A stretch of DNA of 64,000 nucleotides, from positions 8,477 through 72,476 of the forward strand of contig DGTA01000057.1 in the NCBI GenBank assembly GCA_002394165.1, in the 5' to 3' direction. Below are positions 45,922 through 55,428 of the stretch, piece by piece. The position numbers and the translations under genes are program-made. Source of the DNA: Lachnospiraceae bacterium UBA4348. GTDB lineage: Bacteria > Bacillota > Clostridia > Lachnospirales > Lachnospiraceae. The notes below the pieces were generated by a model. It searched no databases. It worked only from the letters and a program-made list of their open reading frames with translations, and was not told the origin of the DNA. Position 1 is the stretch's first letter; every line of letters begins with the position of its first letter.

Positions 45922-47370
45922 TCATCTATACATATGTATATTAGTGACCTTAATGCTGCCGTCGCTTACCATAAAGCCCCAATGTGTCCGTTCGGAAGCG
46001 TAGGCTCTTGTCGTGAGCGCCACCTCATTATTAACATACAGACATAGGATCGATCCGGCATCAATCAGCTGTACATGTACTATGTTGTTGGGAAGGTTTT
46101 TATAATCCAAAGGTCTTTCGAGTTCTATCAGAAACGGCTTGTCTCCGTCAATGTACCATTGATTGACACCAGTGATTCGCCGCGGCCACATATCCGCGAC
46201 TACCCGGTTGTAAAATGGTTCAAACCGCAGATAATAACCACCAGAAAGCAGTGAATCCTGCCTGACAGCAAGAGAGAACGATCTTGTGCCTTCCGAAAAC
46301 TCGATATCGGCCTCGATCATACAGGTATCCGGCATCCCATCCAGGACAACACTGCTGATCCCCTCATAATTGGTGATCTCCGCAGCTGATGCGTCTGTGT
46401 TTTTTGGGGTGATATCCTGATCAAATAAAGCAGTCAATGCTTCGGGAGGCTTTACGGTCAGCCTGCCGTCCGGATGCTGGTCGATTTTGTGTACGATCAG
46501 CGTGCCGCCCCATTCATACTGTCCGTAATCGGTATTCCCACGTTTTGTCGGAACCCAGGCGAAAGCAGCTCGTTCACCGTTTACAGCCGCCGTTTTGGCT
46601 GCGTAGAAAGCGCGCCCGTCAAAAGTGTCCTCGATCGGTGCGGTCCAGGGACCGTCGATCGAATCGGAAAATCGGTAATGAGTGACGAATTTCTCGGAAA
46701 AGGTTGAGTAAACCAGATACCATTTCTCACCCATTTTGAACAGGTCCGGACACTCATGCGTCATATAGGAGCCGGGGTTGAAAAACGGCTGCTGTGCTTT
46801 CCAGCTGATCAGGTCATCAGACGTACACAGGCCAACGCATCCGCCGTTTTTTTCACTCGCACCGATCACCCGCGCCGCAAGCAGCATGCAGTAGCATCCC
46901 TTTTCTTCACTGTAGAAAACATATGGATCGCGCCAATCCCACGGCTCATAGATAGATTCGTCAGCGCCGAACAGAAAGCCGGGATCTTTTTCCCAGTGAA
47001 TCAAGTCGTTACTGACTGCGTGCGCGACGAACTGCAGCGGACGGCCGTCCTTATGATACCTTGGATTGTAATTATTCTGCGCTGTGTAAAAAATGTGAAA
47101 GCGCCCGTCTTTTCCTTCTATAACGGATCCGGTATAGCAGGCATAATCCGCCGCATCATATTCACCGACCGGCAGAACGACACCATAGTCCGTGAAATGG
47201 ACGCAGTCCCGGGTCACTAACAGGTTCCAGCTGGTGCGGTAACCGTACTCATCCTCAGAATTGCCTTTTCTCTCATCATGGAGATAATAGATATAATACT
47301 TGCCGTCATGTGCAAACGGGATCGTGTCGCCGATCCATCCGCCTTCCGGTTGATAAAATACGCTTTTCAT
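45922..47370 (-). CDS. GH32 family beta-fructofuranosidase-like enzyme
   Basis: WIGDTIPF (variant of the WMNDPNG nucleophile block), WDWRDPYVF (RDP) and THECPDLF (EC). Confidence 0.85.
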   Translation of the reverse strand: MKSVFYQPEGGWIGDTIPFAHDGKYYIYYLHDERKGNSEDEYGYRTSWNLLVTRDCVHFTDYGVVLPVGEYDAADYACYTGSVIEGKDGRFHIFYTAQNNYNPRYHKDGRPLQFVAHAVSNDLIHWEKDPGFLFGADESIYEPWDWRDPYVFYSEEKGCYCMLLAARVIGASEKNGGCVGLCTSDDLISWKAQQPFFNPGSYMTHECPDLFKMGEKWYLVYSTFSEKFVTHYRFSDSIDGPWTAPIEDTFDGRAFYAAKTAAVNGERAAFAWVPTKRGNTDYGQYEWGGTLIVHKIDQHPDGRLTVKPPEALTALFDQDITPKNTDASAAEITNYEGISSVVLDGMPDTCMIEADIEFSEGTRSFSLAVRQDSLLSGGYYLRFEPFYNRVVADMWPRRITGVNQWYIDGDKPFLIELERPLDYKNLPNNIVHVQLIDAGSILCLYVNNEVALTTRAYASERTHWGFMVSDGSIKVTNIHMYR

Positions 47371-47575
47371 AAGGCCCACTCTTTCCTGTTGTATTACTAA
47401 AATTCTACTGTTTTCAGAACCGGAAATCCATTCGCAGAACAGACAATGTTTTCATACAATGATTATGCAACCTATTATTTTCTTTCATTTTTCACTGGAA
47501 ATATGGTATGATTTTCATGAATTACAATGAATAGTACAGAGATTTTCATAAGCTGTTTTCGTAAAGGAGATATGT

Positions 47576-48601
47576 ATGGCTACGATCAAAGAAGTTGCAG
47601 AAGCGGCAGGTGTCTCCATTTCAACCGTGTCCCGGGTAATGAACCACAGCAACAATGTTGCGGAAGAAACGCGCCAGCGCGTTATGGAAGCGGTAAGAGA
47701 GCTGGAATATGTTCCGAACGTATCAGCAGGCAGTACCTCCAAAAAGTCCAAGAAGCTGATCGGGGTACTGTTTCCGGATATTTCCAATAATGTCTTCGGA
47801 AGGATCATGCAGGGAATCAACAATGTCGTGACTCCTTTCGGGTACAACACCATCATCTGCGAAACAGACGGGGAGCTGGAGAAAGAGATTCATTTTCTCA
47901 ACGTTTTGAAAGACAAACAGGTTGACGGGGTCATTATGGCGACTATCCATATTCCGGAAGAACATATGATGTGGATCCACAAAAATCAGAAGCCTGTCAT
48001 CTACGTGTGTCAGGACCTGCCGGAATTCAGCCTTAAAGTGCCTTGCAGCTCGGTTAACATGGATAATCGGAAAGCGATATGCGACATGGTTCACCTGCTT
48101 TACAATATGGGTCATCAGAGCATTGCTTTTGTCGGCGGTCCGATGGACGACCTTTCCGCAGGGAAGAAAAGATACGATGGGTATGTGAAAGGAATGAGAG
48201 AGTGCGGACTGCCGCTTTCGGAAGATATGATCACTTTCCAGGAATCGTTTGCAATCGAGGCGGGTTACAGCGGCATGCATCAGATTTATGAAAAGGCATC
48301 GACGCTTCCGACAGCTGTTCTGTGCGCCAGCGATTATATGGCCGTCGGCGCAATGGATTTTATGTATGACAACAATATCCTTGTTCCGCAGCACATTTCT
48401 GTGACCGGTGTGGATGATGCCGATCTTGCAACGGCGGTGCGACCGTCACTGACGACCATCCGGCATGCGACCTCGGATACCGGCGTCAAGGCAGCCATGC
48501 TGCTGATGGAGTTTATTGCGGCTCCGGATACCGAAGGCTGTGCCTGTAATGTGCCTTATCAGATACTGCGGCGGCAAAGCGTACTGCATATCATGCGGTG
48601 A
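47576..48601 (+). CDS. LacI family transcriptional regulator
   Basis: MATIKEVAEAAGVSISTVSRVMN HTH. Periplasmic-binding-fold C-domain. Confidence 0.9.
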   Translation: MATIKEVAEAAGVSISTVSRVMNHSNNVAEETRQRVMEAVRELEYVPNVSAGSTSKKSKKLIGVLFPDISNNVFGRIMQGINNVVTPFGYNTIICETDGELEKEIHFLNVLKDKQVDGVIMATIHIPEEHMMWIHKNQKPVIYVCQDLPEFSLKVPCSSVNMDNRKAICDMVHLLYNMGHQSIAFVGGPMDDLSAGKKRYDGYVKGMRECGLPLSEDMITFQESFAIEAGYSGMHQIYEKASTLPTAVLCASDYMAVGAMDFMYDNNILVPQHISVTGVDDADLATAVRPSLTTIRHATSDTGVKAAMLLMEFIAAPDTEGCACNVPYQILRRQSVLHIMR

Positions 48602-48792
48602 ATACTAAGATAAAAGCAGTCAGACTCCTTTGGTATCACCCCGCCATTTCCCTTCTTCAAAACAAAAAGTGAGCTGCAGCATGACAGAATATAAGAAGCG
48701 TTATTCGAAGCAATCATGTATAATAATTAAAAATAGTCTAAAAACGGGTAGTGTTAAGATTGTTTCGCAAAATGTGAAAGGAGACGGGCCGC

Positions 48793-48903
48793 ATGTTTGA
48801 TTTTAATTATTTCACCCCTACTAAAGTCGTATTCGGAAAGAATACGGAGAGCCGCGTGGCAGAACTTATAAAGGAGTTCGGAGGTACGAAGATTCTGATG
48901 TGA
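48793..48903 (+). pseudogene. 5' fragment (36 codons) of an iron-containing alcohol dehydrogenase gene
   Basis: MFDFNYFTPTKVVFGKNTESRVAELIKEFGGTKILM* is the typical N-terminus of Fe-ADH/butanol dehydrogenases. It stops after 36 aa. Confidence 0.55.
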
Positions 48904-49126
48904 TGGATGTCCGAGCAGTATAAGCATTCCCGATGTGTTCAGAACCATAAATACCCTTCGACGCTATCCGGATGACTGGAGGTCTAAGAATTTCTATTCC
49001 GGTCTGGTCGGACGAAGCGGTAAAGCATCGGATTGTATCGCATGCGGACAATGCGAAAGTGTCTGTCCGCAGCATCTGCCGATCATAGAGCTGATGAAGG
49101 AAGCGGCACAGATACTGGATAAATAA
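48899..49126 (+). pseudogene. 3' fragment of an aldo/keto reductase with C-terminal 4Fe-4S motif
   Basis: CDGCPSSISIPDVFRTINTLRRY...ASDCIACGQCESVCPQHLPIIELMKEAAQILDK* is only the C-terminal roughly 75 aa of a COG1453-type protein. It begins exactly at the ADH fragment stop. Confidence 0.55.
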
Positions 49127-49212
49127 CACGATTTGCGAAAAAAGGGGCTGTCGCACGTAATATAAGGGAGGACGCGCATGCGTCACTTCCTGTCATCAGT
49201 ATGGAGGAATAT

Positions 49213-49932
49213 ATGCCGGGATTTGGGACGATCATCAATGTGGCTTTTATAGTAATCGGAGGACTGGCAGGCCTGCTGTTCGGGTCAAGGCTTGGTGAGA
49301 GGAGCCGGGAGACGCTGCTGCTGGCCAACGCGGTGGCGGTGCTGTTCATCGGTATTTCCGGAGCGCTCCAGCAGATGTATGTGCTGGCGGACAGCGGGAA
49401 GCTGGAGACGACCGGGACGATGATGATGATCGCATCGCTGGCCGTCGGCGCGGTGATCGGAGAGTGGATCGACCTGGAAGGAAAGATCGAGCGCTTCGGA
49501 GAATGGCTGAAGGCCAAAACGGGAAACAGCTCAGACGCCGGATTTGTCGGCGCTTTCGTGACAGCCTCCCTGACTGTTTGCATCGGCGCCATGGCGGTGG
49601 TGGGATCGATCGAAGACGGTGCGGCGGGAGACCATTCCATCCTGTTCGCAAAGGCTATCCTCGACCTGATCATCATCATGGTCATGACGGCGTCCCTCGG
49701 GAAGGGCTGCATCTTCTCCGCCATCCCGGTCGGCCTGCTGCAGGGAACAGTCACGATGCTGGCGGTCCTGATCCGGCCGTACATAACGGATCATGCGATG
49801 AGTTACCTTTCGCTGGTCGGATCTGTGCTGATCTTCTGTGTGGGCGTCAATCTGTTCTGGGGAAAGAAGATAAGGGTAGCCAACCTGCTGCCGTCGCTGG
49901 TGGTGGCTGTGGCATGGGCGGCATGGAGATGA
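49213..49932 (+). CDS. DUF554 family membrane protein
   Basis: MPGFGTIINVAFIVIGGLAGLLFG... is the typical DUF554 (YdfK-like) N-terminus. Multi-TM. Confidence 0.8.
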   Translation: MPGFGTIINVAFIVIGGLAGLLFGSRLGERSRETLLLANAVAVLFIGISGALQQMYVLADSGKLETTGTMMMIASLAVGAVIGEWIDLEGKIERFGEWLKAKTGNSSDAGFVGAFVTASLTVCIGAMAVVGSIEDGAAGDHSILFAKAILDLIIIMVMTASLGKGCIFSAIPVGLLQGTVTMLAVLIRPYITDHAMSYLSLVGSVLIFCVGVNLFWGKKIRVANLLPSLVVAVAWAAWR

Positions 49933-50015
49933 CTTCCCACAGGGCGGAACAAATATGATAAAATAAACCTGTTCGTACCAGAAATGAAATGTCAGCTATT
50001 ATCCGGGAGAAAGCG

Positions 50016-50495
50016 ATGGAGTTCACACATTTTGACCAGGCGGGCAATGCCCTGATGGTGGACGTTGGAGGAAAAAAGGAGACCCTGCGCGAAGCGGCTG
50101 CTGAAGGGTTTATCTACATGAGCCCGGACTGTTTTGAGAAGATCCGGGACGGGAACATGAAAAAAGGTGATGTGCTGGGAGTGGCGAGGATCGCCGGAAT
50201 CATGGGGGCCAAGCGGACATCTGAGCTGATCCCGCTCTGCCACGTCGTTCCGCTGACGAAGGTTTCTCTCGACCTTGAACTGGTTCCGGAAAAAAACAGC
50301 GTGCACGTGGTCTGCCGGGCGGGGACGGTCGGAAGGACCGGCGTGGAGATGGAGGCGCTGACAGGCGTCAATATCGCTTTATTGACGATCTACGATATGT
50401 GCAAGGCCGTGGACCGGGCGATGGAGATCGGGCCCGTCCGGCTGCTTGAAAAGAGCGGCGGGAAAACCGGGACCTGGATCCGCGAGCAAAGCTGA
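50016..50495 (+). CDS. moaC: cyclic pyranopterin monophosphate synthase MoaC
   Basis: [17 protein letters not shown]...[26 protein letters not shown]... Confidence 0.9.
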   Translation: MEFTHFDQAGNALMVDVGGKKETLREAAAEGFIYMSPDCFEKIRDGNMKKGDVLGVARIAGIMGAKRTSELIPLCHVVPLTKVSLDLELVPEKNSVHVVCRAGTVGRTGVEMEALTGVNIALLTIYDMCKAVDRAMEIGPVRLLEKSGGKTGTWIREQS

Positions 50496-50528
50496 TTCTT
50501 GATAAGGAAGGGCCGGCAGAGGAGAAGT

Positions 50529-51506
50529 ATGCAGGACCAGTATGGAAGAAATATCGATTATATGAGAATCTCCGTGACGGACCGCTGCAGCCTGCGCTGC
50601 CGGTACTGTATGCCCCGCGGCGTGGAGCTGTGCGATATGGCGCAGCTGCTGACGTATGAGGAGATCGTGCTCTGCGCACAGACGGCTGCGAAGCTGGGGA
50701 TCCGCCATATTAAGCTGACCGGAGGGGAGCCGCTGGTCAGGAGAGGACTCGATGGCCTGGTGCGGATGCTCAAAGCGGTGGACGGGATCGGGCAGGTGAC
50801 ACTGACGACAAACGGGACGATGCTTGAAAAGCATCTTAGCGGACTGATCGGCGCCGGTCTTGACGCAGTCAACATCAGCCTGGATACGACGGACCGCCGC
50901 GCTTACGAAGAACTGACCGGGAAGGATGAGCTTGGGAGCGTCCTTTCCTCCATCGATGCCGCCGTCGGCGCCGGGCTCAGGACCAAGATCAATGCGGTTT
51001 CCTTTCCACGGAGCCGGGAAGAGATCCGGAATCTGGCCGCGATGGCTAAAGACAGGCCAATCGACGTGCGCTTTATCGAGCTGATGCCGATCGGATACGG
51101 AAAGGGCTTTCCGGGAGTTTCCCACAAAGACCTGTTTTTGCAGCTGAAGGAGATGTTCCCGGGGATGGAACCGGATCCGGCTCCTCACGGGTTCGGTCCG
51201 GCTGTCTATTACAGCATCCCCGGATACGCCGGCGGTATTGGACTGATCAGTGCGCTTCACGGCAAATTCTGCGGCAGCTGCAACCGGGTGCGGCTGACAT
51301 CGAAAGGCTTTCTGAAGCCCTGTCTTTGCTATGACAGCGGGGAGGACCTGCGGCCGATCCTGCGATCCGGCCTGCCTCCTCGGGAGCGGGACGAAAAGCT
51401 GCTGGAGACCATGAGGACGGTGATCTTTGAAAAACCGCGGGAGCATTGCTTCGAGAATGAACAGGAGATCACGGAAGGAGCCCCGATGAGTGCGATCGGC
51501 GGATGA
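50529..51506 (+). CDS. moaA: GTP 3',8-cyclase MoaA (radical SAM)
   Basis: YMRISVTDRCSLRCRYCMP, KLTGGEPL and the C-terminal CGSCNRVRLTSKGFLKPCL. Confidence 0.9.
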   Translation: MQDQYGRNIDYMRISVTDRCSLRCRYCMPRGVELCDMAQLLTYEEIVLCAQTAAKLGIRHIKLTGGEPLVRRGLDGLVRMLKAVDGIGQVTLTTNGTMLEKHLSGLIGAGLDAVNISLDTTDRRAYEELTGKDELGSVLSSIDAAVGAGLRTKINAVSFPRSREEIRNLAAMAKDRPIDVRFIELMPIGYGKGFPGVSHKDLFLQLKEMFPGMEPDPAPHGFGPAVYYSIPGYAGGIGLISALHGKFCGSCNRVRLTSKGFLKPCLCYDSGEDLRPILRSGLPPRERDEKLLETMRTVIFEKPREHCFENEQEITEGAPMSAIGG

Positions 51507-51549
51507 GAAGGTACTGGTCCGGAACCATTACAGGGAGAGACGGAGGAAA

Positions 51550-52512
51550 ATGGCGGAGCATAACAGCAGGGAAGATATGCGGGGCGTTGTGCGCTCAGTC
51601 TGCACCAGTCCTGCAAAGGGAACAGAAAAAAGACCGGTGGAGAGCGGCCATTTTATTGCCGGCTTCGGGATAGAGAATGATGCCCATGCCGGGAAGTGGC
51701 ACCGCCAGGTGAGCCTGCTCTCCTGGGATAAGGTGGAGGCCTTCAATAAAAAAGGGGCACTTGTCAGGGACGGCGATTTCGGGGAGAACCTGCTGGTGGA
51801 GGGCATCGATTTTAAAAACCTGCCGGTGGGGACTGTGCTTAAAGTCGGAACGGTGACGCTGAGGATGACCCAGATCGGCAAGGAATGCCACACGGGCTGT
51901 GCCATCCGCCAAAGGGTCGGTGACTGCATCATGCCCAGGGAAGGTGTGTTTGCCGAGGTGCTTACGGAAGGGGATGTCCGCGCCGGAGATGAAATGGAGG
52001 TAATCCTGCCTGACCCGGAGCGGCCTTTCACCGCGGCGGTCATTACCTTAAGCGACAAGGGCGCCAAAGGGGAGCGAAAGGATGAGAGCGGCCCGGCGGC
52101 GGCGCAGATGCTTGCCGATGCCGGGTATGAAGTGGTCGAGACGCTGCTTCTGCCTGATGACCCGGAGCTGCTCAAGACAGAGCTTTGCCGGCTGGCGGAC
52201 CGGCGCCGGGTCGATCTGGTGCTGACCAGCGGCGGGACAGGCTTTTCCTTAAGGGACCAGACTCCGGAGGCCACCCTGGCCGTGGCCGACCGCAATGCGC
52301 CCGGAATCGCTGAATACATGCGCATGCGCTCGGCGCAGATCACGGACCGGGCGATCTTAAGCCGCGGGGTATCCGTCATCCGCAAAGGGACCCTGATCGT
52401 TAACCTGCCGGGAAGCCCGAAAGCCGTTAAGGAAAGCCTGGGCTTTATCCTGGGACCGCTCGATCATGGCTTAAAGATCCTGCGCGGCAGCGCCGGGGAA
52501 TGTGCCCGGTAA
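51550..52512 (+). CDS. MOSC domain fused to a MoaB/MogA-type molybdopterin-binding domain
   Basis: The N-part GFGIENDAHAGKWHRQVSLL is MOSC. The C-part AAVITLSDKGAKGERKDESGP...LVLTSGGTGFSLRDQTPEA is MoaB/MogA. Confidence 0.8.
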   Translation: MAEHNSREDMRGVVRSVCTSPAKGTEKRPVESGHFIAGFGIENDAHAGKWHRQVSLLSWDKVEAFNKKGALVRDGDFGENLLVEGIDFKNLPVGTVLKVGTVTLRMTQIGKECHTGCAIRQRVGDCIMPREGVFAEVLTEGDVRAGDEMEVILPDPERPFTAAVITLSDKGAKGERKDESGPAAAQMLADAGYEVVETLLLPDDPELLKTELCRLADRRRVDLVLTSGGTGFSLRDQTPEATLAVADRNAPGIAEYMRMRSAQITDRAILSRGVSVIRKGTLIVNLPGSPKAVKESLGFILGPLDHGLKILRGSAGECAR

Positions 52513-52582
52513 AGCAAAGAATGGGCAGCGCCTGCGTCACCATTTGGTGATGCGGCCCTGCCCCTTTATTATCGATACTGAT

Positions 52583-52880
52583 CAGTCATCGAAATCAAAA
52601 TCGAAATCCCAGTCGTCATCGTCATCGCAGTCTTTCCTGCATTTGGTAAAGGTTACTTCAGACTCTGTGAAACCGGCATCCTTCAACGCGGCTGCCTTGG
52701 CCTGCTGCTCGGTGGAATCCACATATCCTGGTCCTGATCGATGATCTTGCCGGCCGCCGCAAGAGCGGTTTTCTGCGCATCATCCAGTGTCGTGCCGGCC
52801 GCGAATGCGGTGCAGCTCATTCCCATTACCATTGCTCCAAGCATCATTCCTGCTGTAAGTCCGATCGTTCTTTTCTTCAT
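52583..52880 (-). pseudogene. small secreted PepSY-like protein, apparently frameshifted
   Basis: Frame 1 reads MKKRTIGLTAGMMLGAMVMGMSCTAFA..TLDDAQKTALAAAGKIIDQDQ. The sense continues in another frame: GYVDSTEQQAKAAALKDAGFTESEVTFTKCRKDCDDDDDWDFDFDFDD*. Confidence 0.5.
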
Positions 52881-53033
52881 TTTTTCTACTATCTAATAAT
52901 GTATGATATTCTGTTTTTGTAATCCGCCATCAATTTTGATGTATATGGGATGTTTTTATATACGTCGGCCGGTACCTGTATCCACGCAGGTACAGAAAAT
53001 ATTTATTTCAGCTTTTTGTGCGGGAGGTTTCTT

Positions 53034-55394
53034 ATGATGATTTCCGTGAAACGATGGATCATGTTACTGGCTGCTGTCGGTATACTCGCAGGCATTGGGA
53101 CCGGGGCAGCAGCTGCGGAGCCGGAGGAGAGATCCCTGCCCGGTGCGCAGGTCTTTGTGCCGGACGGTTATGAGGATGAACCGGACCGGAGGTACCCGGT
53201 GCTGTACATCCTGCCGGAGGAAGAAACCGGCACCGCTCCGGAGGCATTTCTGGAGGGCGTGCTGGAGACAGCTTCATCGGAGGATTCGATGGACCTGATC
53301 ATAGTCTGTCCGGATCCTGGCGGATGGAAGACGGACACATGGGCTGATCTGACCGCCTCGGCGGAAGCTCTTATAAAGGAAGTGGATGCTTCCTTCCGGA
53401 CAGTGGATGATCCCGAATACCGGACGGTTGCCGGCGCGGGCAGCGGCGGTTATCTGGCCTCGATGCTGGCCTGGACCGACGCGGAGGGTCATCTTCGCAG
53501 GCAGCCGGAGCTTTTTGCGATGACCGGCTCCGTAAACGGAGATTACAGATCGGAAGACTCCTGGCAGGCACGCTTCGGCTCCTTTACGGAGGCGGTCCGG
53601 GACGGACGCCTGACAAACGCCGCCGCCATTCATTTTTATACATTCATGCGAACGGCCTCCGAGGAGGAGACGGCCTATATGGAGGATGGGGCGAATGATG
53701 TGATCTCGCTCTTCATCCGTCTGGGATCCGCCTATGGCACCTACACGAGCATTTACGGGAACGCGGATGAGACGGTGCTGGATCTGCAGGTGGTCCACGG
53801 GAACGCGGACGAGAACTTCTTAAAGGAAAGTGCCCGGGATCTGGTGAAAGGGATCTCTCACCGGATGTCGAAGAGGCTGATCTCAGGCGAGGTGTCCGTG
53901 CCGCCCGTGGATGAGGGGACGGAGGAGGACGGGATCATCGCACTTGCTTCTGCCCAGACGGCCGTCACACAGGACGCAGCGCTGTTTGGCACAGATCCCG
54001 AGAATCCCGGGATGAATACGTCTCTGGAGATCCTGGAAACAGAGGAGGGATCTTCGATCGTGCTGACGGCCGACTTTCTCGGGATGAAAATGAAGCTGGC
54101 CCAGGCGCCGGTCGTTTTTGTGAAGGCCGGGGGAATGGAGCCTGAGGAGCAGCTGGTCGACCTGATGGGCGAGTGGTATTTCAAGCCGGCCCTGTCAGTG
54201 AGGCCGGGCGAACTTCCGGCTCCGGAGGAATACCGTTCCTGGGAGAAGGTAGTGCCGGCGCTTGACTGGTGGAACAGTGACTTTTCGACAGATACCGATA
54301 TGAAAGGCTTTGCCGGCTACGCCTGGTATGTGAAGGAATTTGAGATGCCTGAGCATTATCCGGCGGACAAGACGTATTATCTTCCGATGGGATGTTTCGA
54401 TGAGACGGACATCTGCTTTGTGAACGGACAGATGGTCGGATGCACCGGTCTCGATCCGGACCGGTGGATGCATCTGGAGGACTGCTGGGACACCGAGCGC
54501 CTCTATGAGGCCGGCGGAGAGCTGTTTCACTTTGGCCAGACGAATGTGATCACGGTCCTGACGCACAATGCTTCTGGAGACGGCGGCTGGTACAGCGGCC
54601 ATCCCGGTGTGTACTCGCCGGAAGCATACGAAGCGCTGGGCCTGACGGGCAAGGGGAACGATGACCGGTACGAAGACGTGACCTTCCCATTCGATACGCC
54701 TGCCGGGGATGAAGCGCATGCACTGGTCTATCTGCCGGAGGGGTATGAGGATCCCGGGAACGCGGACAGGGCATATCCCGTGCTGTATCTGCTGCACCAG
54801 CTTAACAGTACGAGCCGCTCCTACGTGCTGGACGGGATCGATGAGCTGCTCGACGAAGCCATCCGGACGGGAGAAATCGGGGATCTGATCGTTGTTCTTC
54901 CTGATTCTTCTGCAGAAAGCTGGTGGATGTACGGTTGGGATGACATGGTCATTGAAGGACTGATTCCGTATATCGATGAAAACTTCCGGACGATAGCGGA
55001 TGCACAGCACCGGTACATCGGCGGGGCCTCCATGGGCGGCCACGGCGCGTACCACATTGCGCTGAAGGCACCGGACCTGTTCGGCGGCGTGATCAGCTTC
55101 TACGGTGCGCTCAACATGGGCTCCAACCCGCTGCGCGACATGCAGAACATGGGAAAGGAAGAGCTTGGCGCCTTCCGCCACTATTTCATCTGCGGCAACC
55201 GGGATCTTTACAAGTTCGGGCCGGTGGCGATGGTCCTCGACCAGCATTTAAGAAGCGTCGGGGTCGATCACTGGTTTGAGCTCGGAGAGGGAGGGCATGA
55301 CAGCGCATACTACCTGCCGCACTTTATCGAGGCGATCAAGTATCTGACAGGGGAAGGTTCTGTGTCAGGATCTGCTGACAAGGGGAGTCTGTGA
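53034..55394 (+). CDS. secreted tandem esterase (two 'putative esterase'/esterase-D-like domains) with a central jelly-roll-like domain
   Basis: Signal peptide from MMISVKRW. Two blocks, RYPVLYILPE...GAGSGGY and YPVLYLLHQ...IGGASMGGHGA, flank a GFAGYAWYVKEF...ICFVNGQMVG sugar-binding-like region. Confidence 0.7.
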   Translation: MMISVKRWIMLLAAVGILAGIGTGAAAAEPEERSLPGAQVFVPDGYEDEPDRRYPVLYILPEEETGTAPEAFLEGVLETASSEDSMDLIIVCPDPGGWKTDTWADLTASAEALIKEVDASFRTVDDPEYRTVAGAGSGGYLASMLAWTDAEGHLRRQPELFAMTGSVNGDYRSEDSWQARFGSFTEAVRDGRLTNAAAIHFYTFMRTASEEETAYMEDGANDVISLFIRLGSAYGTYTSIYGNADETVLDLQVVHGNADENFLKESARDLVKGISHRMSKRLISGEVSVPPVDEGTEEDGIIALASAQTAVTQDAALFGTDPENPGMNTSLEILETEEGSSIVLTADFLGMKMKLAQAPVVFVKAGGMEPEEQLVDLMGEWYFKPALSVRPGELPAPEEYRSWEKVVPALDWWNSDFSTDTDMKGFAGYAWYVKEFEMPEHYPADKTYYLPMGCFDETDICFVNGQMVGCTGLDPDRWMHLEDCWDTERLYEAGGELFHFGQTNVITVLTHNASGDGGWYSGHPGVYSPEAYEALGLTGKGNDDRYEDVTFPFDTPAGDEAHALVYLPEGYEDPGNADRAYPVLYLLHQLNSTSRSYVLDGIDELLDEAIRTGEIGDLIVVLPDSSAESWWMYGWDDMVIEGLIPYIDENFRTIADAQHRYIGGASMGGHGAYHIALKAPDLFGGVISFYGALNMGSNPLRDMQNMGKEELGAFRHYFICGNRDLYKFGPVAMVLDQHLRSVGVDHWFELGEGGHDSAYYLPHFIEAIKYLTGEGSVSGSADKGSL

Positions 55395-55428
55395 ACGCGG
55401 TACGCGCGCGACTCCCCCTGTCAGAAAA

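Noticed and set aside
47380-47575. LacI/CcpA operator in the divergent GH32 / LacI promoter region
   Set aside because: Candidates (CTACTGTTTTCAGAA, GACAATGTTTTCATACAATG) are only partial matches and are not convincingly palindromic. They cannot be called without a motif scan.
49933-50015. Moco riboswitch upstream of moaC
   Set aside because: The gap is only about 83 nt, shorter than the roughly 130-150-nt Moco RNA motif. I could not find its conserved helices or loops.
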